Shown: positions 18,390-27,169 of the stretch, piece by piece
How positions within the stretch are numbered: position 1 is the first letter of the stretch
Layout of the letters: every line of letters begins with the position of its first letter
DNA from: an uncultured Acidobacteriota bacterium
GTDB taxonomy: Bacteria > Acidobacteriota > Vicinamibacteria > Vicinamibacterales > UBA8438
Length of the DNA stretch: 64,000 nucleotides
Direction: 5' to 3'
Assembly: GCA_913043225.1 (NCBI GenBank)
Contig: CAJWLU010000005.1
Location: forward strand, 1 to 64,000
Made by a program: the position numbers and the translations under genes
Notes under the pieces: generated by a model
Told to the model about the DNA's origin: nothing
Databases searched by the model: none
Seen by the model: the letters and a program-made list of their open reading frames with translations, nothing else

Positions 18390-19678
18390 CGGGCTTGCCG
18401 TGCGACATCGTCCAGGTGCGAGGTCGACGTGTCTGGGACTCACGCGGTCGCCCGACGGTCGAGGTCGAGATCCACGTCGAGAGCGGCGCCACCGGACGGG
18501 CGATCGCGCCGGCCGGCGCATCAACAGGCTCGGGCGAGGCGACCGACTTGAGAGACGGCGGGACGGCCTTCGGCGGGCTCGATGTCACCCGAGCCGTCCG
18601 CAACGTCAAGCAGTCGATCGCGCCCATGCTTATCGGCCGGGACGTCCGAGACCAAGTTGCCCTCGACGCGCTGCTGGTCTCTCTCGATCCCAGCCCCCAA
18701 CGACAAGGCCTGGGTGGCAACGCGCTCATCGCCGTCTCAATGGCGTGCGCTAACGCGGCCGCCAACGCCGACGGCCGACCACTCTGGCGCCGGCTGCTTC
18801 CCGCAGACGCTGAGGCCATCCTCCCGCTGCCAGAGATCCAGATTCTGGGCGGGGGCGCCCACGCCGAGGGACGCGTCGACGTCCAGGACTTCATGGTGAT
18901 GCCCGTTGGCGCCGGGAGCTTTGCCCAGGGACTCGACTGGACGGCCGAGATCTACCGGGCGGCGGGCGCGCGTCTGTCTCGCGACGGGCTGCGGCAAGGT
19001 GTCGCGGACGAAGGCGGCTTCTGGCCGGCGTTCGAGACCAACGAGGCGGCTCTGGAGCTCATGGTCGCCGCGATCGAAGATGCGGGGCGCGTGCCCGGAG
19101 AGGAGGTAGCGATCTCACTCGACATCGCCGCCTCGCAGTTCGGCAAGTCCGGTCGGTACCGACTCGGACTAGAGGGCCGCGACGTCGATACCGACGGATT
19201 ATGCGCCATGCTCGTGGACTGGATCGACCGCTACCCAATTGCCTCAATCGAAGATCCTCTGGCGGAGGACGACCACGCCGGCATGCGACGTTTCACCGAC
19301 GCGGTCCGCGACCGCGTGCAGGTGGTGGGCGACGACTACCTGGTTACCGATGCCCACCGCACCCGGAAGGCGGCGTCCGATGGTGCCTGCACAGCGCTCC
19401 TGGTCAAACCGAACCAGATCGGCACGCTGAGCGAGGCCCACACCGCCCTGTCGACCGCGCACGAGGTCGGCTTCGGCACGATTGTGTCGGCCCGCTCAGG
19501 AGAGTCTGAGGACGTGACCATCGCGCACCTCGCCGTCGGCTGGTCGGCCGGCCAACTCAAGGTCGGCTCGTTCGCACGCTCGGAGCGCATGGCCAAGTGG
19601 AACGAGGTACTGCGGATCGAAGAGGCGCTTGGCGAGAGGGGCACCTATGCCGGACGGCGACCCCTGCCGGGCGCGTGA
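18386..19678 (+). CDS. eno: Enolase paralog with divergent motifs
   Basis: DSRGRPTVEVE, GASTG, DEGG, IEDPL, VGDD, KPNQIG, RSERMAKWN; ATGA overlap with the kinase stop. Confidence 0.85.
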   Translation: MTGLPCDIVQVRGRRVWDSRGRPTVEVEIHVESGATGRAIAPAGASTGSGEATDLRDGGTAFGGLDVTRAVRNVKQSIAPMLIGRDVRDQVALDALLVSLDPSPQRQGLGGNALIAVSMACANAAANADGRPLWRRLLPADAEAILPLPEIQILGGGAHAEGRVDVQDFMVMPVGAGSFAQGLDWTAEIYRAAGARLSRDGLRQGVADEGGFWPAFETNEAALELMVAAIEDAGRVPGEEVAISLDIAASQFGKSGRYRLGLEGRDVDTDGLCAMLVDWIDRYPIASIEDPLAEDDHAGMRRFTDAVRDRVQVVGDDYLVTDAHRTRKAASDGACTALLVKPNQIGTLSEAHTALSTAHEVGFGTIVSARSGESEDVTIAHLAVGWSAGQLKVGSFARSERMAKWNEVLRIEEALGERGTYAGRRPLPGA

Positions 19679-19737
19679 CCCGGCTATACTCGCACCCCTG
19701 CCGGCTCCGGCCGGATACAACACAAGGAGCTTTACCG

Positions 19738-20679
19738 ATGCGACAGCTGACCCTCGGCCTCGCCCTCGTGGCTGCCACCCTGGTCATTCCCTCATCCGCG
19801 ACTGGACAGGCCAACGATGCCACCACCAGGTTCGTGGAGGTAGCCACCGGGTACCGCCTAGTACCGAACGTCGTCTATCTCCGAGCCGGCGGGCATGAAC
19901 TGCTGCTCGACGTCTACCAGTCCCGGACCGCGGACGGCCCAGCCCCGACCGTGATGTACATCCACGGCGGCGGGTGGACCAACGGCAACAAGGAGGCGTC
20001 GGCGTTGACCTTCCTCCCCTACCTCGAGATGGGCTGGAACGTCGTTAACGTCGAATACCGGATGGCCGACACCGCCCACGCCCCGGCCGCGGTCGAAGAT
20101 TGCCGCTGCGCGCTACGGTGGATCTATCGCAACGCCGAACGCTTCAACGTCGATGTGAACCGCATCGTCGTGACCGGCAATTCGGCGGGCGGTCACCTCT
20201 CACTAACCACTGGCATGGTCACCGCGGACGCCGGATTGGACCGTCAGTGTCCAGGCGACCGCAACCGAACCTGGTCGACAGGGACCACCTCGATGGCCGA
20301 TCTCCAGGTGGCCGCCATCATCAATTGGTACGGCATCGCCGACGTGGTGGGACTCATGGAAGGTCCGCCGGGGACCTCCGGCAACTTCACCGAGGCCTGG
20401 CTCGGAAGCCGGTCCGATCGGGCCGATGTCGCTCGACGCGTCTCGCCGCTGACCTACGTACGGAACGGCCTGCCTCCGGTGCTCAGCATTCACGGGGATG
20501 CCGACAGCATCGTCCCCTACGATCACAGCGTGCGCCTGCACGAGGCGTTGGAGCGCGCGGGCGTCCCTAATGAGCTCGTTACCATCGAGGGCGGCGGCCA
20601 TGGCGGTTTCAGCCGGGAAGACAATCTCCGGATCTATGGTTCGATCCGCGACTTCCTAGCCCAGCACGGACTGCACTGA
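19738..20679 (+). CDS. Secreted alpha/beta hydrolase (HSL/BD-FAE-like esterase)
   Basis: ATG after AAGGAG; signal peptide; IHGGGW, GNSAGG, HGDAD, GGHG. Confidence 0.88.
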   Translation: MRQLTLGLALVAATLVIPSSATGQANDATTRFVEVATGYRLVPNVVYLRAGGHELLLDVYQSRTADGPAPTVMYIHGGGWTNGNKEASALTFLPYLEMGWNVVNVEYRMADTAHAPAAVEDCRCALRWIYRNAERFNVDVNRIVVTGNSAGGHLSLTTGMVTADAGLDRQCPGDRNRTWSTGTTSMADLQVAAIINWYGIADVVGLMEGPPGTSGNFTEAWLGSRSDRADVARRVSPLTYVRNGLPPVLSIHGDADSIVPYDHSVRLHEALERAGVPNELVTIEGGGHGGFSREDNLRIYGSIRDFLAQHGLH

Positions 20680-20698
20680 CCGCCCCGGATGCGCCGTG

Positions 20699-21583
20699 CT
20701 AGCGGTCGTCGTAAGTTGCAGGGAACAGGGAGCGCACCTGCACCGCCCAGTGCCCGTCGGCGCGGGTCACGATCCAGAGCGCGGGAACCGTCCAATAGCG
20801 GGTGCCGTCGGGTCGCCAGCGCGTGAAGGTGATCTGGAAGTGCACCTTGTCACGGGTCACGCTAGTCGCCTCCAGCGAGTCGAATGAGCTCATGTGCCAG
20901 CCTTCGGTCTGGCGCATCGCGTCAAAGTCGGGCCGTGGACCGTCCTTCTCACTCACCGCGACGCGAAACCCGCCAGTGGAGGTCAAGGCGCTAGGAGGGG
21001 TCAGGAAGAGGTGCGGATGGTGTAGCATCTCCACCGCCGCGTCGGCGTCACCAGCATTGAACGCAGTAAAGAATTGCAGGATGGCGCCCCTGGCCTCGGA
21101 GACGATCTCGTCCCGCTCGGCGTCGCTCAGCGGCTGCAAAGGCCGGGCCGGCGCCCTCAGCTTGACCGCCCAACGGCCATCCTCGCGGGTCACAATGTAG
21201 AACACGCGCGACTGGCGATAGACCGTGTTGTCCGATCTGAGTCGGCTGTAGCTGATCTCGAGATGCACCTTCTCAGGCGACGAACGGAGCACGCTAAAGC
21301 TGTCGAAGTCGAACGTACTCCGACTCCAACCTTCGTTCTCACGTAGTCCGTCGAAACCGGCACGGAAGTCGCCTGGCTCGTAGGCGACGGTCACCACACC
21401 ACCGCCTGCGACAGTGGCGAACGGAAAGTGCATCGCTTCGCGAAGCTGGACGTCGTCGCCGGTGTTCCACCGCTCGATGAACCGATCGAGCGCCCGACGA
21501 GCTTCCGTTTCCGGGCCGGATTGCGCCGTAGCGCCACCGGCCCCCGCCAACACCATCACGACCACCCTCAGCAGTTTTCCCAC
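20699..21583 (-). CDS. Secreted hypothetical protein with two tandem NTF2/SnoaL-like repeats
   Basis: Internal duplication: KVHLEISYSR/KVHFQITFTR and IVTREDGRWAV/IVTRADGHWAV. Confidence 0.65.
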   Translation of the reverse strand: MGKLLRVVVMVLAGAGGATAQSGPETEARRALDRFIERWNTGDDVQLREAMHFPFATVAGGGVVTVAYEPGDFRAGFDGLRENEGWSRSTFDFDSFSVLRSSPEKVHLEISYSRLRSDNTVYRQSRVFYIVTREDGRWAVKLRAPARPLQPLSDAERDEIVSEARGAILQFFTAFNAGDADAAVEMLHHPHLFLTPPSALTSTGGFRVAVSEKDGPRPDFDAMRQTEGWHMSSFDSLEATSVTRDKVHFQITFTRWRPDGTRYWTVPALWIVTRADGHWAVQVRSLFPATYDDR

Positions 21584-21600
21584 GGTTCGCCTCGCTCGGC

Positions 21601-22599
21601 CTACTGGAAGACCACCCGCTCCAGGCTCGGCATCCCCTCGCCCTGGAAGACGGGGTGCACGACGTAGACGTCATCATCAACGACCGCACCGGTGGTCGCC
21701 GCCTCGTCGTGCGTGGCCACCGCCACCACATTCGCGGTGACCCAGTCGTCGTCGCTTGTCAGCGCCGCGACCTGATTCGACGAGTTGCTAACGATCGCCA
21801 ACCGGCCGACCGACCAGATGAGCCCATCCTGTCCCGGCACCGGATCGGACAGACTCACCTCCGCAGCAGCACCGGGATCGTCGATCGGCACCTTCCACAA
21901 AGTGTCACCCCGACCGACCAGCAGAAACCCGGACAGATGATGAACCAGCCCGTTGGGTCCGGGACCGTCCTCGAACCGGACGAGAAGCGACGCGGTGTAA
22001 TCCGCCCCCACTCGATAGATGGCGTTCAGCTGGGTATCGGTAACAAAAGCCGTCCCGTCGTCGGCCACCGCCACGTCGTTCGAGAAAAAGGCAGCATCGT
22101 CGCCCGCCTCGGCCACTGCGGCGAGATCGACCATAGCAAGCCGCTCCCGGCTGGTAAGGTCATAGACGCCGAGCTTGGCCTGGCCCGAGGTCGCGCCCTG
22201 AAAAACGTTGAAATCAGCGTTGGCGACGAACAACCGGTCCCGCAGTTCGTCGACCTCAATACCTACCGACGACACCAGCTCGTCGTCGCTAATGAACGGC
22301 ATCACGCTACCGTCGGAACCGATCTCGAACACGGTGCCTTCACTAAGCGAACCCGTGAGAAAGCGCCGATTCGTCATGTCGTACTCGACACCCTCGGGAA
22401 TGAATCCGCCTCTCTCGGCTTCGATCCGGGCCGGAGGCGACCCGACCGCGTCGGTGTCCGCCGCCGGGCTCGCCGCCCCCTCGGAAGCGTCACCTGGCTC
22501 CGTCGCCGGTCCTCCGCCACACCCCAGCCACCCGACCGCGGCTAACGTGACCATGCCCGTCACGAGCCTGGACGCCCGCCCGTAGTATTCATTCGACAT
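21601..22599 (-). CDS. SMP-30/gluconolactonase-like beta-propeller lipoprotein
   Basis: ATG after GAGGAG; lipobox-like WLGC; FIPEGV, FSNDVAV, GPNGL, GQDGL. Confidence 0.7.
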   Translation of the reverse strand: MSNEYYGRASRLVTGMVTLAAVGWLGCGGGPATEPGDASEGAASPAADTDAVGSPPARIEAERGGFIPEGVEYDMTNRRFLTGSLSEGTVFEIGSDGSVMPFISDDELVSSVGIEVDELRDRLFVANADFNVFQGATSGQAKLGVYDLTSRERLAMVDLAAVAEAGDDAAFFSNDVAVADDGTAFVTDTQLNAIYRVGADYTASLLVRFEDGPGPNGLVHHLSGFLLVGRGDTLWKVPIDDPGAAAEVSLSDPVPGQDGLIWSVGRLAIVSNSSNQVAALTSDDDWVTANVVAVATHDEAATTGAVVDDDVYVVHPVFQGEGMPSLERVVFQ

Positions 22600-22716
22600 A
22601 CCTTTACTCCTCACCGTCTCCCACAGGGGACACCCCGATCCTCTCACATCAGGTCGGTGGGCCAGAGAATCGCCAGAAAAGCAGGGGCACATAGACAAAG
22701 TGCCGATAAGACTCGT

Positions 22717-25503
22717 ATGAAGCCACTCATGCCATGCCATCGAGGCTGGCTGTTCGCACTGACTCTTTTCGCCACCTCTCCCTCTGCCTTCGCCCAAGAG
22801 GTCCGAACCGACGCACGGATCGCAATCACGCCCTTCGAGAACCTCAGCGGAGCCCCAGAGGATAGCTGGATCGGCACGGGAATCGCCGAAACCCTGGCCG
22901 CCGAGCTGGGCGGAGCCGGGTTCCAGGTGCAGTGGGGCCCGACGCCCCGTCCTGTCTCGTTGCAGGTCACCGGCGGGTATCAGCGGCTGGGAGACCAGCT
23001 CCGACTCACGGCGCGAGTTACCGACCCCAGCTCCGGAGCCGTAGCGGCCTCCGCCCGGGTAGACGGGACGATGGGAGACCTGTTCAGCCTCCAGGACGAC
23101 CTTGCGTCCCGACTTCTTGATGCGATGCAGTCGGCGAATGCGCCGGCCTCACCCGCCGAACCCGCACCGCGAGCCATGCCAGCACCAGCGGCCGAGCCGG
23201 CCCTGTCCGACCCGGAACCGACGTCCGGATCTGATGTCGACCTGAGCGGGTTGGCGGCCATCCCAACCACTTTGATCGACGGTCCTCCCCCGCCGGAAGC
23301 GCCAGCGACGTTGAGTCGGGACGAGGCGGGCCGGGTCACCGTACGCGCCGTCAGAATCGACCAGCCGATCGACATAGACGGCCTCCTCAACGAGACCGTC
23401 TATGAAACGGTCGACTCGCTCGATGGCTTTGTCCAGCAGTTGCCAGACAACGGCGAACCCGCCACCGAGCGGACCGAGGCCTGGATCTTCTTCGACGACG
23501 ACAACATCTATGTCACCGGCCGCATGTGGGACTCCGCCCCCGAATCAGAGTGGGTCGCCAACGAGATGCAGCGCGACTCGTTCCAGTTAATTGACAACGA
23601 AACCTTCAGCGTCGCACTCGACACGTTCTACGACCGCCGCAACGGCTATGCGTTCATGGTCAACCCGCTCGGAGGGTTCTTCGACTATCAGCTTACCGAC
23701 GAGGGCAACCCGAACAGCGACTGGAATCCGATTTGGGACGTCCGCAGCGGCCGCTTCGACGGCGGCTGGACGGTCGAGATGGAGATCCCGTTCAAGTCAC
23801 TTCGCTTCCGCCCCGCGACCAGCCAGGTCTGGGGAATTCATCTGGGCCGGCAAATCAAACACAAGAACGAGTCTACCTATCTGAGCCCGGTTGCGATTTC
23901 CGGAGGGCCTGGGCTATTCCGTCTCTCTGCGGCCGGCACGGTCACCGGAATCGAGGCACCCGCGGACAACCGGACCTTCGAGATCAAGCCGTACGCGATC
24001 GGATCGAGTGCCACCGACTTGAACCAAACCCCGCAGATCCGCAACAACGGGGATGGTGACGTTGGGGTGGACGTCAAGTACGGCGTCACCCAAAACCTAA
24101 CTGCCGACTTCACCTATAACACCGACTTCGCCCAGGTCGAGGTGGACGAGCAGCAAGTCAACCTAACCCGGTTCAGTCTGTTCTTTCCGGAGAAGCGCGA
24201 ATTCTTCCTGGAGAGTCGAGGCATCTTCGACTTCGGGCAGGGCGTGGGCTTCGGCAGTCTCGGCGGACCCGGGAGCGGCGGGCGCCCTGGGGCTGGCGGC
24301 TTCTTCGGTGGCGGCGACGAGCCGACGGTGTTCTTCAGCCGCCGGATTGGCCTCGAGTCGGGCGAAACGGTGCCCATCCTAGGAGGCGGACGACTCACCG
24401 GAAAGACGGGCCCGTTTAGTGCTGGCGCGCTTAATATTCAGACCGACGACGCACGTTCGTCGAGCATCGCCGGAACAAACTTCACGGTGCTGCGGGTCAA
24501 GCGTGACATCCTGCGCCGGAGCAGTATCGGGGGAATCTTCACCAACCGTTCGGTATCGCTCGAGGGCGACGGTTCGAACCAGGCGTTCGGCGTCGACGGC
24601 CTGTTCTCGTTCTACGACAACCTGAACTTCAACGCCTTCTGGGCCCGCACCGAAACGCCTAGCCTTAAAGGTGAGAACGAAAGCTACCAGGCCGCCATGA
24701 CTTACAACGGCGACCTATATGCCCTTGGCATCGACCACCTCTTGGTTGGCGACAATTTCAACCCCGAGGTCGGGTTTCTTAGACGAAACGACTTCCGAAA
24801 AACCGTCGTGCAAGCCCAGTACAGCCCGCGACCCGAGATCGAGCTTGTCCGCCAATTCACCTTCAAAGGCAAGGTCGACTACATCGAAACCGTCGCGGGA
24901 ACCCTGGAAACGCGCAACCTGAACGCCAGCTTTCAGACCGAGTTCGAGAATAGCGACGAGTTCGTCGCCGACGTCCAGCAGTCCTACGAACTACTATTCG
25001 ACCCGTTCGACATCTCCCCCAACATCAGCATCCCGGTCGGCGGGTACGAGTTCCAGGACTACTACCTCGCCTACAACATGGGAGCCCAGCGCCGCATCTC
25101 CGGTCGCCTGTCGCTGCAGGCCGGCGAGTTCTTCGGTGGTGACATCACGGCGATCGGATTCACCGGAGCCCGGGTCGAGATCACGCCACAGTTTTCATTC
25201 GAACCAAGTATCTCGGTGAACGACATCAGCCTGCCGCAGGGAAAGTTCACGACGACGCTGGCCACAAGTCGCGTGACCTACACCTTCACCCCGCGCATGT
25301 TCTTCGGTGGCCTACTGCAATACAACTCCAGCCGCAACTCGCTCAGCACCAACCTGCGCCTGCGGTGGGAATACCAGCCTGGGAGCGAGATCTTCGTTGT
25401 CTACAACGACCAGCGGGATACCGCCCTTGCCCCGGGGCGTGACTTCCCAATGCTCGAAAACCGTGCCTTCATCGTGAAGTTCACTCGCCTTTTCCGGTTC
25501 TAG
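22717..25503 (+). CDS. DUF5916/CBM9-like outer-membrane protein with N-terminal TolB-N/FlgO-like domain
   Basis: IAITPFENLSG...WIGTGIAE; IDIDGLLNE; GWTVEMEIPFKSLRF; NTDFAQVEVD, NLTRFSLFFPEKREFFLE, FFSRRIG; C-terminal Phe. Confidence 0.75.
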   Translation: MKPLMPCHRGWLFALTLFATSPSAFAQEVRTDARIAITPFENLSGAPEDSWIGTGIAETLAAELGGAGFQVQWGPTPRPVSLQVTGGYQRLGDQLRLTARVTDPSSGAVAASARVDGTMGDLFSLQDDLASRLLDAMQSANAPASPAEPAPRAMPAPAAEPALSDPEPTSGSDVDLSGLAAIPTTLIDGPPPPEAPATLSRDEAGRVTVRAVRIDQPIDIDGLLNETVYETVDSLDGFVQQLPDNGEPATERTEAWIFFDDDNIYVTGRMWDSAPESEWVANEMQRDSFQLIDNETFSVALDTFYDRRNGYAFMVNPLGGFFDYQLTDEGNPNSDWNPIWDVRSGRFDGGWTVEMEIPFKSLRFRPATSQVWGIHLGRQIKHKNESTYLSPVAISGGPGLFRLSAAGTVTGIEAPADNRTFEIKPYAIGSSATDLNQTPQIRNNGDGDVGVDVKYGVTQNLTADFTYNTDFAQVEVDEQQVNLTRFSLFFPEKREFFLESRGIFDFGQGVGFGSLGGPGSGGRPGAGGFFGGGDEPTVFFSRRIGLESGETVPILGGGRLTGKTGPFSAGALNIQTDDARSSSIAGTNFTVLRVKRDILRRSSIGGIFTNRSVSLEGDGSNQAFGVDGLFSFYDNLNFNAFWARTETPSLKGENESYQAAMTYNGDLYALGIDHLLVGDNFNPEVGFLRRNDFRKTVVQAQYSPRPEIELVRQFTFKGKVDYIETVAGTLETRNLNASFQTEFENSDEFVADVQQSYELLFDPFDISPNISIPVGGYEFQDYYLAYNMGAQRRISGRLSLQAGEFFGGDITAIGFTGARVEITPQFSFEPSISVNDISLPQGKFTTTLATSRVTYTFTPRMFFGGLLQYNSSRNSLSTNLRLRWEYQPGSEIFVVYNDQRDTALAPGRDFPMLENRAFIVKFTRLFRF

Positions 25504-25530
25504 TCACTCCGCCGCGATACTCTGTGCCGA

Positions 25531-26466
25531 ATGTCATCGGTTATCGAACCGGCACGTCTCCGGCTAGCACAGCTCCCTACCCCGCTCGAACCATACGACC
25601 TCCCGGGCAACACACCGACCCTCTGGGTAAAGCGAGATGACCTAACGGGCACCGGCCTGACCGGTAACAAGGTCAGAAAGCTCGAGTATCTGCTCGCCGA
25701 CGCCCAAGCCTGCGGTGCGACTCGGGTGGTGACCTGCGGCGGCATTCAGAGCAATCACTGCCGGGCCACGGCGATTGCAGCGGCGCAACTCAGCCTAAGC
25801 TGTCACCTTTTTCTCCGTTGCGACGCCCCTCCGCCCGACGAGGCCCCCACTACTGGCAACCTAGCTCTCGACCGCCTCGTCGGCGCCGAGATCACATTCA
25901 TCACCCACGACCAGTATCGGGACCGTGCCCAGCTGATGGCAGCCGCAGCCGGTCCCAAGGGTTACGTAATCCCAGAGGGAGGAAGCAACGCTCTGGGAAC
26001 CTGGGGCTATCTCCGGTGCGTCGACGAGCTGCGGACCCAGTGGCGCCTCCCTCCCTCCGCGATAGTCTGCGCCACCGGGAGTGGCGGCACCCACGCCGGC
26101 CTGGCAATCGGCGTACGCCGGCGCGAGTTGGACATCCCGGTGTACGGCGTCGCCATCTGCGACGACGCCCCGACCTTCCAGGCTCGCATCGCCCAGATCA
26201 GTGCCGAGGCCTGTGACCGCTGGCCCCAACTTCCGCAGATCAAGGAAACCGAAATCCGCGTGGTCGAGGGCTACAAGGGCGGCGGCTATGCGGTAAGCCA
26301 CCCGGACGAGCTTGCCGACATCGCCAGCGTCGCGCGGAGCACGGGGCTACTGCTCGACCCGGTCTACACCGGGAAAGCGCTACGCGCCCTGATGCACGAA
26401 CCAGGCCTGTTCGGTGACCGTCCGCTATTTGTGCACACCGGCGGCATCTTCGGCCTGCTCGCGTAA
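25531..26466 (+). CDS. D-cysteine desulfhydrase family PLP enzyme
   Basis: KRDD, GNKVRKLEY, QSNH, GSGGT, LDPVYTGK, HTGG. Confidence 0.85.
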   Translation: MSSVIEPARLRLAQLPTPLEPYDLPGNTPTLWVKRDDLTGTGLTGNKVRKLEYLLADAQACGATRVVTCGGIQSNHCRATAIAAAQLSLSCHLFLRCDAPPPDEAPTTGNLALDRLVGAEITFITHDQYRDRAQLMAAAAGPKGYVIPEGGSNALGTWGYLRCVDELRTQWRLPPSAIVCATGSGGTHAGLAIGVRRRELDIPVYGVAICDDAPTFQARIAQISAEACDRWPQLPQIKETEIRVVEGYKGGGYAVSHPDELADIASVARSTGLLLDPVYTGKALRALMHEPGLFGDRPLFVHTGGIFGLLA

Positions 26467-27169
26467 GCCCGTAAATCACCGCCCGCCGTATACTCGAACG
26501 GTGCTGCGCGCTCTGCGAACCACCGGACCGGTCGTCGCTGGCCTCATGGTGGTCGTCCTGCTACTTGAACCGCCGGCGCTGCGACCGGCTGATCGGATCC
26601 CCACCCTCCACGTCTTTACCTCCCGAGCGCCTCGGGGGCTCAGCACCGCCGAGGTCGCCGGTGCTCTCTCGGTAACCGGGCCAGTGCAACCCATCCCGCT
26701 GGAGGCCGTGGGCGCGAGTGGACACCGTGCGGGCACCATCTACACCCCGTTTATTCGCGTGGCGACGGCCGGCTTGGCAGCTCGACGCAGAGGACGGACG
26801 CTGTCAGCCATTGAGGTGCCCGAATGGATGCGGGCACCGGTGGTCTACGTGGCGTTCCCCCCGCTCCCAGGGGTAGACCCATCGACCCTCGAGGTCGCAG
26901 TCGTCCCAGAAGGCGCCCCGACCTGCTGCCGAACACCTCAGCCAACGCTCGTCCGGCCGCTCTGGGTCGGGGGCGAGGACACGCTCCTGGAATTCGGCGC
27001 GGAACCATCAGCCACGGCCACAGGGTTGGTGGCAGCGTTTCCGCTCCAGGTACTGGCGGAGGCCGTCGATTTTGTCGCGTTCTACCGTGTCGAAAACGAC
27101 GGGCCGCCGAGAAGCGTCGAGGCACGGGGACGCGTACCCGGGGACCTCCGAGCGGGTTGGCGGGACTAG
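26414..27169 (+). CDS. Hypothetical exported protein (true start probably near 26500-26546)
   Basis: Fills the gap between convergent neighbours; hydrophobic N-terminal segment; no recognised motif. Confidence 0.55.
   Translation: MTVRYLCTPAASSACSRKPVNHRPPYTRTVLRALRTTGPVVAGLMVVVLLLEPPALRPADRIPTLHVFTSRAPRGLSTAEVAGALSVTGPVQPIPLEAVGASGHRAGTIYTPFIRVATAGLAARRRGRTLSAIEVPEWMRAPVVYVAFPPLPGVDPSTLEVAVVPEGAPTCCRTPQPTLVRPLWVGGEDTLLEFGAEPSATATGLVAAFPLQVLAEAVDFVAFYRVENDGPPRSVEARGRVPGDLRAGWRD

Noticed and set aside
25531..26466. ACC deaminase (acdS)
   Set aside because: It has PVYTGK and HTGG rather than the PVYEGK and HLGG of true ACC deaminases.
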